Below, piece after piece: positions 26,920 to 35,410 of a stretch of DNA of 64,000 nt. The stretch lies in NCBI GenBank assembly GCA_039698055.1, contig JBDKTL010000030.1:41862-105861 (forward strand), in the 5' to 3' direction. The translations under genes were made by a program, and so were the position numbers. The notes beneath the pieces are model-generated. The model worked only from the letters and a program-made list of their open reading frames with translations. It was not told the origin of the DNA and did no database searches. Within the stretch, counting starts at the first letter, position 1; the number at the start of each line of letters is the position of its first letter. The stretch comes from Methanoregula sp. (lineage in GTDB: Archaea; Halobacteriota; Methanomicrobia; Methanomicrobiales; Methanospirillaceae).

Positions 26920-29900
26920 TCATACTAAACCCACTTTCCGTGCATCATCCCGCACGCCTCTCCCGTAACAATGCTCGCAGAGCTTCACGCCCATCTCGCG
27001 ATCCAGCCACACCGCCTTCGCAATCCCGCAGACCGAGCACTTCCCGATATCCGCCGTCACCCGGCTGCACCGGGAGATCTCCACGGCCCCGGGCAGCGGG
27101 ACCGATGCGGTCTGTTCCGTTTTTACTGCCTCGTTGAAACATGAGCGGCAGATCCGTCGGGCCTCCTGCTGGTCCCTGGGCCGGGCCCGGCGCTCTTTGG
27201 TATATTTTTCAATATACCGGGAGCCTTTCTTTCCGCAGGCATAGCACGGTGTCTTCGGCTCCGGGATCTCGAGTTTTTTGTAATCACCGGCCCTGATGGA
27301 CCGGGGCGGATCCTTGTTTACAGCAGGGGGTGGGGAATCCGGGCTCGTTTCAGCAGTTTTACAGCATGTGCTGTAAGAGCCCGGGGAGACCGGTGGGGCC
27401 GGATTCGGCTTTTGAACCGCTCCGGTCAGAGATCGTTTTTTATTTACAGCATTTTCAGAATCATGAAGACACTGATCTGTATCTTTTCCGGAATTTTGAC
27501 CGTCTCCATAATTCCGGTTTTGCTGTAAATGACCATCCTTTAGTACAGAATTATTTGTACAATCATCTTCTTTGCAGGAACCGGGCGCACCGGGTTTACC
27601 ATTTTGATTTACAGCAGTTGCTGTAAAACTGCTGTAAACGTGCTGTAATGCTGTAAATGAACCTGCGCCGCCATCCTCATCGCTGTCCTTCGGGTCATGA
27701 TCGAGCCAGCAGGCCCCGCCGTTCGCCCACTGCCGGAAGATCTCGCGGCTCCACGTAAATGCCTCGGTCCTGCGCCGGACTGAAACGCCCTCTTCATCAT
27801 TTATCGTCACCGTCCGGTCCGTGAACGAGAGGGCCGGGCACTTCTCCAGCAGCCCGGTGTAATTCTTCCCCCGGCTGTCGTAGCCTTTGATCATCCGGTA
27901 AATGCCCATGTAGGACCCGCCTGTGAATCGCTGGAGGTCCTGGATAGTGAACTCCGGTTGGTCGGCCTTCTCGATGATGGCGAGCAGGTCAGACTCTTTC
28001 TTCGTCATCTTTGATTCCTGCCCGCCCGCGGTCCCGTTCAGGAGCGTGAAGACATCGTTCGCGGCCGAGAAGTCGGCCTCATTCGCGTACACGCAGAGCG
28101 TCCCGTCCTCGCTCGTCTTCTGCTGCCGCTGCATGAAGAAAAGGGCTGCGTGGCTTTTGATCAGGTCGTAGAGCATGTCGGGGTTGCGCCGGTTGCAGAT
28201 GGCGTTGAACCGGATCCGCTTCGAGTAGGGGATGATCACCCAGATCATCTGCTCGTGCAGGATCTCCCAGATTGCCCTGCAGGTCCTCAGCTCATCTGTC
28301 TCTTCAACGAACAGGTCCGGGTCCAGCATCTCGCGGGCCTGCTTCGCCTCAAGTACCCGGGCGTCTTGCTCAGCTGACTCATCGATCCAGCAGGTCAGCA
28401 TCCGGTTCATCACCTGATCATCGCCAGTCCCTTCCTTCTTCGCAATCCACCAGACGCACCGCTCGGGGATCGTGCAGACCCGCGAAGTCAGGTCCTTCGT
28501 GACCGTCGTGTGCGTAATCGGTTCGTGAAAGTTCGAGGTCGCGGATTTCAGGATCTCCTGAATGCCGTCCGAGAGTTCGGTGTCGTCGCTCATCAGGACC
28601 GTGCGAGGCCGGAGGTCTTTCATGTAATAGAGCGCCTTGTTGCTCACCGTGCCTTTCACCTTGTACGCATCCGGCACCTGGCGCATCATCTTCCGGAAGG
28701 CATGGGTCTTGCCCTTGCCAGAATCACCGGTCACGGAGACATGCAGCCCGTCCGAATTCTTCACGGCTTGTGATGCCATTGAGAGGACCATGCACCGGGC
28801 TACGATCTCGTCGCCAACATGCTCCTGGGCGAAGGTCCGGAGCATCAGGGCCACCGGGTCGCCATGTTCGAGCACATCGAGGGCCGCTGCCCGGTTGTCG
28901 GGTGAGCCCGCAACCGGGGCCGAGCATGGGTCGGTTCTCCCTTCTTGCTCAACCTTTGCCCGGGCCCGGTCCTTCCGGGCGGTCTGCTGTTTTTGCTCCC
29001 AGCCCTTCCGCTTCGTAGCCCGGTCCGGCTCATACCGCTCGCGGAGCTCCTGCCAGCGCTGCGTACCGCCTCCGCAGGACGTGTGCTTGCAACCGGCGAA
29101 GACTGCGCCGTTCCCGAACTGGATCGCAAAGCCCCCGTCCTTGTGCGCTGACGAGAACGGGCACTGGTCGAAGATGAAGAGTGTGCCGCCGCTGTACGGC
29201 TTCTCGGTCCTGACATCGAGGCCGTGGTCTGCGAGCCAGTGGCGCAGGTCGAAGCCCTTGCCATTCACCGTTGCCGGCTGCGGCTGTGCGTGCTGTTCGG
29301 TCGGCAGCCGGGCCGCGAGATCCCTGAGCTGTTCCGCTGTCGCAATCTTCAGCTCATCCGGGGCCGAGATGATGCGGCTCCTCCGGTACGGACGTTCCGG
29401 GGTGTTGTCACCCTTCCGCGATATCGTACCGTAGAGTTTCCAGATGCGGGCCGCGTTGAAGTTCGCAGTATCCACGTTCACCCGCTCATCTGAGAAGAGC
29501 GTGTCGAGCGTTGCGAGGCAAGCCTTCACGAGTGCTGTTGCTGCTTCATCGTTCGGCAGATCGATGCGGTACAGAAGGTGGGCCCCGTTGCCGGAGTCGG
29601 CCCGGACCGGTTCCGGGAAACCTAGCCCGGCCATCCACCGGGCAATCTCTTCGGCTTTTGCCAGGGCCAGCCCGTGCTCCTCATCAGTACTCGACACACC
29701 ACTCGGTCGCAGCGGGTCGATGTCGATCGGCAGCCAGCGGCGGCGCAGGATATCCGCATCGCTCGTCGTGCTGTCCTTCTTGCCGAGCCGCATCTTGATC
29801 CGGTTCGCCCGGCGCGAGAGCAGGGCCGGGTTCACCTCGTTCAGCGTGACGTAGATGCCGTGTACTGAACTGTCTGTATCCAGCGGCTCAACGGCCTTGA

Positions 29901-30021
29901 TGAGCGCAGCATGATCACTGAAGTAGCCGCTGTGGGTGAACTGGTCGGTGAGTGCCCGGACCTCGACGACCTGCCAGGGCCCGGCTAATCGGGCAACGGC
30001 ATCACGGAGCAGACCATCCAC
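26920..30021 (-). CDS. Replication protein: AEP primase-polymerase + P-loop NTPase/helicase + C-terminal Zn fingers
   Basis: IDIDP (motif I), DSGNGAH (motif II), VDTANFNAARIWKLYGT (motif III); CPF..H...CKH..C Zn motif; GDSGKGKT Walker A, LMSDD Walker B; CYAC..CRSC and CSVC..CEHC. Confidence 0.85.
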   Translation of the reverse strand: MDGLLRDAVARLAGPWQVVEVRALTDQFTHSGYFSDHAALIKAVEPLDTDSSVHGIYVTLNEVNPALLSRRANRIKMRLGKKDSTTSDADILRRRWLPIDIDPLRPSGVSSTDEEHGLALAKAEEIARWMAGLGFPEPVRADSGNGAHLLYRIDLPNDEAATALVKACLATLDTLFSDERVNVDTANFNAARIWKLYGTISRKGDNTPERPYRRSRIISAPDELKIATAEQLRDLAARLPTEQHAQPQPATVNGKGFDLRHWLADHGLDVRTEKPYSGGTLFIFDQCPFSSAHKDGGFAIQFGNGAVFAGCKHTSCGGGTQRWQELRERYEPDRATKRKGWEQKQQTARKDRARAKVEQEGRTDPCSAPVAGSPDNRAAALDVLEHGDPVALMLRTFAQEHVGDEIVARCMVLSMASQAVKNSDGLHVSVTGDSGKGKTHAFRKMMRQVPDAYKVKGTVSNKALYYMKDLRPRTVLMSDDTELSDGIQEILKSATSNFHEPITHTTVTKDLTSRVCTIPERCVWWIAKKEGTGDDQVMNRMLTCWIDESAEQDARVLEAKQAREMLDPDLFVEETDELRTCRAIWEILHEQMIWVIIPYSKRIRFNAICNRRNPDMLYDLIKSHAALFFMQRQQKTSEDGTLCVYANEADFSAANDVFTLLNGTAGGQESKMTKKESDLLAIIEKADQPEFTIQDLQRFTGGSYMGIYRMIKGYDSRGKNYTGLLEKCPALSFTDRTVTINDEEGVSVRRRTEAFTWSREIFRQWANGGACWLDHDPKDSDEDGGAGSFTALQHVYSSFTATAVNQNGKPGAPGSCKEDDCTNNSVLKDGHLQQNRNYGDGQNSGKDTDQCLHDSENAVNKKRSLTGAVQKPNPAPPVSPGSYSTCCKTAETSPDSPPPAVNKDPPRSIRAGDYKKLEIPEPKTPCYACGKKGSRYIEKYTKERRARPRDQQEARRICRSCFNEAVKTEQTASVPLPGAVEISRCSRVTADIGKCSVCGIAKAVWLDREMGVKLCEHCYGRGVRDDARKVGLV
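27317..27657. repeat. Iteron-like cluster: 10 copies of TGCTGTAA in both orientations, candidate replication origin
   Basis: Reverse copies near 27317, 27358, 27443 and 27608; forward copies at 27369, 27521, 27619, 27630, 27641 and 27649. Confidence 0.8.
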
Positions 30022-30071
30022 ACGTCACCACCCGGGTCCCTGCTCTGGTCTGCGGTGAAAAAATTACCAGG

Positions 30072-30311
30072 TCAGCCATGCCCGTCGCCTTCTTCCGGGG
30101 CAGGCTCCTCCTGCCTCACTCGCTCCGCGTGCTCATCGAAGGTCTCGACCTTCACGGTATAGCGGTGATGGAATTTTCGCTCGACAAAGATGTGAAAGAC
30201 CGATTCGCCCTTCTTCTTGATCAGGTCCGCGATTGCTTTCGGGATCAGGTAGAGCGGGATGCCATCGACTTTTTCAGTCATGACTGCCGGCTTCTTCTCC
30301 TCAGTGGGCAT
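30072..30311 (-). CDS. Small hypothetical protein
   Basis: Overlaps upstream gene, GAGGTGG RBS; part of the coupled operon. Confidence 0.7.
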   Translation of the reverse strand: MPTEEKKPAVMTEKVDGIPLYLIPKAIADLIKKKGESVFHIFVERKFHHRYTVKVETFDEHAERVRQEEPAPEEGDGHG

Positions 30312-30672
30312 AGGCAGCCACCTCGCGGATCTCGTCCGGCAATATCTCGTAACAGTGGAGGGAGCCGTTGGGCGAACTCACCCAGAGCTCGCAACGGATG
30401 AAGATGTTGCCCGGGTACCGGGTCAACAGCGAGCGGAACTGGCAGATCTCGAACCTGCAGAGCGATTCAACGTACGGGATGTTCAGGGCACCGGTCGCGG
30501 TCCGGAGTTTGACACCCAGGATCTCGTAATCGCCCCGCAACCCGACAAGATGAAGCGGGATGTACTCTGCAAGAAAACTGCTCCCTACCGGCAGAACCGG
30601 CTCGTAGCCCCGGGAGACGAGGAGTTCCAAACCCCGCTGCCGGGAGGCGGACCGGGCGCTCTGCGCCATCAT
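30301..30672 (-). CDS. Degenerate Hjc-like PD-(D/E)XK-fold protein, paralogue 3
   Basis: LELLVSRGYEP...IPLHLVG...GVKLR...ELWV...YEILPDEIREV. Confidence 0.65.
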   Translation of the reverse strand: MMAQSARSASRQRGLELLVSRGYEPVLPVGSSFLAEYIPLHLVGLRGDYEILGVKLRTATGALNIPYVESLCRFEICQFRSLLTRYPGNIFIRCELWVSSPNGSLHCYEILPDEIREVAAYAH

Positions 30673-31085
30673 ACAGCACCCCCATCACCACCGGCGTTTT
30701 GCCCGCGACACAGGATCTCCCGGATACCGTCGCGGGTAATTTCGAACTGCTGGAACTGCCGTGAGGGAATCGAGATCCAGACTTCGAACCGGGAAGCCAG
30801 AAGGCCGGAAGGAAGCTGTAAAAAGAATTTCTTCATCCGCCCCATCTCATCCCGGCAGAACTCCTCGGCATCACTCAGCGAGACAAGGGGACGAAGGGAG
30901 ATCTTCAGTTTCACCATCACATTGTCAATGGTCCCATCGTCCAGTTCCTTGCGTGCGGTCAGGTTGTAGGGGATGTACCGCGAAGTCCGGACAATGTCGC
31001 TGACTATCATCGGCTCGTAGCCCAGGCTGAGCAGGATGTTTCCCGCCTGTTGCTCCAGAACATGGAAGCGGTGGACGGCACTCAT
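30669..31085 (-). CDS. Degenerate Hjc-like PD-(D/E)XK-fold protein, paralogue 2
   Basis: EQQAGNILLSLGYEP...IPYNLTA...MVKLK...EVWI...FEITRDGIREI; ATGA overlaps. Confidence 0.65.
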   Translation of the reverse strand: MSAVHRFHVLEQQAGNILLSLGYEPMIVSDIVRTSRYIPYNLTARKELDDGTIDNVMVKLKISLRPLVSLSDAEEFCRDEMGRMKKFFLQLPSGLLASRFEVWISIPSRQFQQFEITRDGIREILCRGQNAGGDGGAV

Positions 31086-31486
31086 GCCGCACCCCCGGAG
31101 TGCGATGCTACGGATCGGTACAGCGAGCGTTTCGGGATCTCCCGGATGCTGTCCCTCATGACCTCGAAGCACCGGAATCCGTAGGTCAGCGAGTAGATCC
31201 AGATCTCGTAATGATACCCGGCTTCCCCGATGTGGCGGGCGATGTGCTTGCGGAACTGCGAAAGGTCAATGCCGCATTTCTGCATGACCATATCGACCGT
31301 TGAGGGGAGATGGGAGAATTTACGGATGCGGATGAACCGTTTCTCGCCGGAATCCCGCTCCGCGACAAGGTGGGCCGGCGGCTGGTTCTTGTTGAAACCG
31401 GGCGGGATGACCTGGACCCGGTAACCATGCAGCCTGAGGAGCTCGCGGGCCCCGTCCTCGATGAGCGTTCCGCGACGGCTGGTCAT
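31082..31486 (-). CDS. Degenerate Hjc-like PD-(D/E)XK-fold protein, paralogue 1
   Basis: RRGTLIEDGARELLRLHGYRV...PAHLVAE...FIRIR...EIWI...FEVMRDSIREI. Confidence 0.65.
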   Translation of the reverse strand: MTSRRGTLIEDGARELLRLHGYRVQVIPPGFNKNQPPAHLVAERDSGEKRFIRIRKFSHLPSTVDMVMQKCGIDLSQFRKHIARHIGEAGYHYEIWIYSLTYGFRCFEVMRDSIREIPKRSLYRSVASHSGGAA

Positions 31487-31851
31487 GATGCAGCACCTCC
31501 CTTGTGCGGCGTAAGTATTTCCGGTTCCGGTACATCTCCCGGGACCTCGAAGAGAATGCAGGAGACGTCTTCGCCGAGCGCAACCGCGATGAACCGGTCG
31601 CGGGGGAGCATGTACCGGACACTGCCGACCGAGATAATGACGGCCCGGCCCGAGGGATTGAGGGAAACCAAGCCGGATGCGACCGGGTTACCGGACGGGT
31701 CCGGGTTTTTCTGCAGCAGGGGGATGGTCTCTCCGACAAACAGTAGCATCCCCATATCTTCTGGGCGGATGAAATACGATTTGTCCCAGATCCGGATGTG
31801 GACATAGCCGTCGCTCCCGGTCAGCACGATACCGGCGGAGAAATGGCTCAT
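31483..31851 (-). CDS. Hypothetical protein
   Basis: GGAGG RBS; ATGA overlap with downstream gene. Confidence 0.7.
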   Translation of the reverse strand: MSHFSAGIVLTGSDGYVHIRIWDKSYFIRPEDMGMLLFVGETIPLLQKNPDPSGNPVASGLVSLNPSGRAVIISVGSVRYMLPRDRFIAVALGEDVSCILFEVPGDVPEPEILTPHKGGAAS

Positions 31852-31966
31852 ACTGATCCTCCCGCCAGCCTGCCTCCTTCAGTGAGGAATTTAAAGATGG
31901 AAATAGAAGTATCTATGGCAGTCTCACGGCGTGACTGGGTAAGTTTTGTTTGTGAGCTGCCACTGG

Positions 31967-32122
31967 TTATTGCGTGCATGATACCTCCTCTTTTGTGACG
32001 ATCTTCCAGCGCCCGTGTTCAACCATCTTCTTCCCGATGCCATAGAAGCCGGACCGCTTCTCGTAGGCTTCCACGGCTTCCTGCGTTACCCGCAGGGGTT
32101 CGCGATTTATTGTGTTCTGCAT
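31967..32122 (-). CDS. 51-aa small protein (not in ORF track)
   Basis: GGTGA RBS; MQNTINREPLRVTQEAVEAYEKRSGFYGIGKKMVEHGRWKIVTKEEVSCTQ*. Confidence 0.5.
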   Translation of the reverse strand: MQNTINREPLRVTQEAVEAYEKRSGFYGIGKKMVEHGRWKIVTKEEVSCTQ

Positions 32123-32827
32123 GTTTTCACCGACTTTGTTAAGTTGTGTTCAGCCACATTCCCCAATTGTTGAAACGTTCTTTTTCCCTCGTGTCACGCA
32201 AAGCAACGGCTATCATCCGGTCAGATGCCACTCTCCTCGAAACGGCAGGTGGCCTATCGGATCAAAGCAATAAGCGGATCACGGTTAACGATTGCCTGAA
32301 ATCTACAGACTATCACCAAAAAAAGTAAAGAGCGAGAATATCGGGGAGTGGTTGCCTGTCAGCCGGCAGCACTGGCCCGTGTTCTTCTTACATCCTTTTC
32401 CGGACGCCAAGCTGTTCATCCTGACCCGGCTCTTTTGCAATGCAACCGGTTCGGGCCGACGGATCAGGGCCGTGATCTTCGTCGTGATCGAAGCCACTGC
32501 GGTCTTTATCCGGCTGCCCGCCTTTTGGAGGAAGTCCAACAGCATTGTAATTGTTTTATAAATTCGCAGTTGTTTAAAGTGTTTTCTGAACCAGCGGGTT
32601 ACATGGGCGCTTTTTGTCGTACACGTGTAACACAATTGGCAGATTTTACTGCACCAGAATGCCAAGCGCGGCTGGAATTATTGAGAAATGGAAAAGCAAT
32701 ACTTTGAATTTTTCAGTCAAGTACCAGAGGGTGCGGGAGGTGCCGCAAATTTTGTGAAGTCATTAATGCGAGTGGATGGCAAGTAGAAAGGTAAAAACGG
32801 ATATATATCGAAGGGATAATTTTAGAT

Positions 32828-33793
32828 ATGGTCTTTGGGAAGAATTTTTTGAAGTCTATTACTTCATTCTTTCCAGATCGAGAAAAAGTTCTTGAAGAGA
32901 TTGAAGATTTGAAGGTAACTTGCGAACTTGAAACGGCGAAGATCGGGTTCGGTTTTTTGTTTATTGTTGTTTCAGCATACGGGCTTCATAATTTGGTTAC
33001 TCCAATAATCCCAGAAATGCCATCCTGGGGTTTTACATTACTCTTTTCATTACTTTTCAGCTTGTTGATGTTTGGTCTTAATTTAACGATCAATGGATTA
33101 ACTTCGAACGCTGCCAGAAACAAAAAATTCCAAGATGGAGTAAATAGAAAATTAGAGGCTTTAATCTCAAGAGGAACTCCACCAGAGAATATCCAAGAAG
33201 CTGAGGAAACTATGACTTCCCAAGAGAAAAGTAACAAATTTGGTGAGACACTCATAAAAATAGGATTTGCAGTTTTCATAGTAGTTTATATCATTTGGTT
33301 TGTCTGGACAATGAGCCAGCATTCGAATGATTCGCAATATATTACAACGGCCATTCTTGCAATTCCAACATTAGTTGTTGCAGTGGTCACGTACATGTAC
33401 GTTTTATTGACAAGGGATCTTGTAAAAATTAACCAAGATCTTGTCAATGCCCAAAAACAGCCAATATTTTCACTTGATATTGAAAATAGGGAAGGATGCC
33501 GTGTTGTTAACCTGTGGAATACCGGAGAAGTCGCAAGAAATGTTACGATTATCTTTACTGCCAATTGGGATTTTCAACAGCCTTCAATTAATCTCCTCTC
33601 TCTGAAGCGAGATTCGCAATGTGAATTATTGGATAATATAAGTCAAATTTTAGGCAATGGTCATATTTGGACGGTAACGGTTGACTATGAAAACATTTTC
33701 TCGCAACATTTCCATGAAGTTTTCCCACTATCTAATGAGAAGTTGCAATCTCTGGGAACCACTCGAATAATAATACCTGGTGGAGTGCTATAA
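32828..33793 (+). CDS. AT-rich hypothetical membrane protein (about 4 TM + soluble C-terminal domain)
   Basis: 321-aa ORF, hydrophobic segments, low GC, TATA-like GATATATAT upstream. Confidence 0.7.
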   Translation: MVFGKNFLKSITSFFPDREKVLEEIEDLKVTCELETAKIGFGFLFIVVSAYGLHNLVTPIIPEMPSWGFTLLFSLLFSLLMFGLNLTINGLTSNAARNKKFQDGVNRKLEALISRGTPPENIQEAEETMTSQEKSNKFGETLIKIGFAVFIVVYIIWFVWTMSQHSNDSQYITTAILAIPTLVVAVVTYMYVLLTRDLVKINQDLVNAQKQPIFSLDIENREGCRVVNLWNTGEVARNVTIIFTANWDFQQPSINLLSLKRDSQCELLDNISQILGNGHIWTVTVDYENIFSQHFHEVFPLSNEKLQSLGTTRIIIPGGVL

Positions 33794-33823
33794 GAGGTTG
33801 AATTTCATCGTCGAGCAACTAGG

Positions 33824-33858
33824 TTATGGGGGAATTCGTATAACCCCCCGTAAAAAAA
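33824..33858. terminator. Inverted repeat and A/T run between convergent genes
   Basis: TTATGGGGG...CCCCCGTAA followed by an A-run next to the integrase stop. Confidence 0.45.
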
Positions 33859-35091
33859 TTATAATTCCCCTTTCCTCTTCATCTCCGCAATCCTTTCATC
33901 AATCAGCTGCCGCAGAATATCCGGGTTGTCCCTGAGGACGCTCTGCTGGATTCCCTCATCGGTATCGATCACAACATCGGAAAGATGCTGGCCGCACGAG
34001 AAACAGTAGTTTGAGGTGGGAGGATTGATCTTCCGGCAGTGCGGGCACTGGATCGGTTCCAGCCGTGATGTTGCATTTCCGTTATCCACGACAGTTATCC
34101 CGTAGGATTTGAGCATCGCAGAATCGATATCCTGCCCGGTGAGATGGGCGTAGGTCCGGAACATATCGGTGCTGATGTTGCCCCACATCATGAGCTTGAT
34201 CACGCTTTCCGGTACTTGTTCCTTGATGAGATGCGTGATACGGCTGTGCCGGAAGATGTGGGGTGTGACATGTTTCTCAATGCCCGCATGCCTGGCAATA
34301 ACCTTGAGATGCTTGTTGATGGTCGCATGGATGAGAGGTTTGCCATGCACGTTCACGAAGACCAGCGCGTTCCCGCTCGGGTCCGGTTTGTAGCAGGCCC
34401 GCCACTGTGCCAGGTATTCGTTTGCCATTATGAGCCGGACGTACCGGGGCATGTTGGTCTTGAAGTTCACGTTCGCAATGACACCGTATTTATCGAACGT
34501 GAGATCGCCCCAGGTCATGGTCCCGATCTCGCCAATGCGGAACCCTCCTTCGTACAGCGTCATGATGAGAGCCCGTTCCACGGGGCGGGTGCACGCTTTG
34601 ATCATCGCGGTGATCTCGTCCGGTGTCAGCAAGTCGGCGGCCACCTTGGTCATAGGATCCTTGGCGGGTATCCGGAGTTTGCGGAGCTTGGTCTCGCTGA
34701 GATCTGAATACTTGTTCTCAATCATCCAGAGGTAGAACTGTTTGAGGATGGCAACGAAATCGCTGATCGTGTTCTGCTTGAATGGGCGCTCACGGCTGCT
34801 CTTTGCATTTCTCAATTCTGGAATCGCGGCGTAGAGATCACCGATGGTGTTGCTTGAAAACGGCCCGATGAACCGGCGCCAGCCCACGAGAGTAAACGTG
34901 AGTTTGTTCGCCCGCCCGGTGCTGATGTTCTTGCAGGACCGGAGTTCCGAGACGAATTCCCGGATCTGGGCAGCGTCAGCCTGGGTGAGGGTGAATTTCT
35001 CAAGGGCGTGCCTGATTGAATTTTCTGCCAGTTCATTCCTCATTGGATGGAAAGTACTGGCTGGAAGTACTTGAGCGACTGGGTAAGTCAT
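33859..35091 (-). CDS. Tyrosine recombinase/integrase with C-terminal Zn ribbon
   Basis: YEGGFRIGEI (R), KT (K), HIFRHSRIT (HxxR), MMWG (W for H), TYAHL (Y); CPHC...CFSC. Confidence 0.93.
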   Translation of the reverse strand: MTYPVAQVLPASTFHPMRNELAENSIRHALEKFTLTQADAAQIREFVSELRSCKNISTGRANKLTFTLVGWRRFIGPFSSNTIGDLYAAIPELRNAKSSRERPFKQNTISDFVAILKQFYLWMIENKYSDLSETKLRKLRIPAKDPMTKVAADLLTPDEITAMIKACTRPVERALIMTLYEGGFRIGEIGTMTWGDLTFDKYGVIANVNFKTNMPRYVRLIMANEYLAQWRACYKPDPSGNALVFVNVHGKPLIHATINKHLKVIARHAGIEKHVTPHIFRHSRITHLIKEQVPESVIKLMMWGNISTDMFRTYAHLTGQDIDSAMLKSYGITVVDNGNATSRLEPIQCPHCRKINPPTSNYCFSCGQHLSDVVIDTDEGIQQSVLRDNPDILRQLIDERIAEMKRKGEL

Positions 35092-35153
35092 AGAAAAGTT
35101 TCTGAAATAATGGCTTTAAAAAGGAAACTGAAGCATCGAACTTCGCGTCCAGA

Positions 35154-35236
35154 TGCGAGAAGCAGGAGTCGAACCTGCGAACCCCTACGGGAACGGATCT
35201 TGAGTCCGCCTCTGTTGGCCACTTAGATATTCTCGC
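35154..35236 (-). tRNA. tRNA-Leu (CAA)
   Basis: Reverse complement GCGAGAATATCTAAGTGGCCAACAGAGGCGGACTCAAGATCCGTTCCCGTAGGGGTTCGCAGGTTCGACTCCTGCTTCTCGCA: acceptor stem, CAA anticodon, long variable arm, GTTCGA T-loop. Confidence 0.95.
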
Positions 35237-35410
35237 GTGGATTACTATTTGCTTTCAGGATAGTAAAATGCTTGTGAGTCCCGGAAAATATCATTTTGTT
35301 ATACCCGGTGAAGAGCCTGCAAATCCTCATAAAACCGATCGTAAAGGGGATTTCCACGAACGCCGTTGGAAGTGCCAGACCTGAATGAACAATTTTCACT
35401 GGAAATCAAA

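Larger units (their letters stand above)
16424..35153. mobile_element. Integrative element (plasmid/satellite/provirus-like) inserted at tRNA-Leu(CAA); left boundary approximate
   Basis: Tyrosine integrase 62 bp downstream of the tRNA 3' end, primase-NTPase replication gene, Dam-type MTase, low-GC cargo; host-type genes on both sides. No att duplication found by eye. Confidence 0.8.

Noticed and set aside
32303-32665. 120-aa ORF at the start of the early operon
   Set aside because: Start ambiguous and no motif; may be a real small gene from ~32545 but not supportable.
16509-35119. 11-bp direct repeat AATGGCTTTAA at 16509 and 35109 as possible attL/attR
   Set aside because: Short, AT-rich, both copies in promoter-like regions and not overlapping the tRNA 3' end. 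A true att copy (TGCGAGAAGCAGGAGTCGAAC) was not found by eye; needs a computed search.
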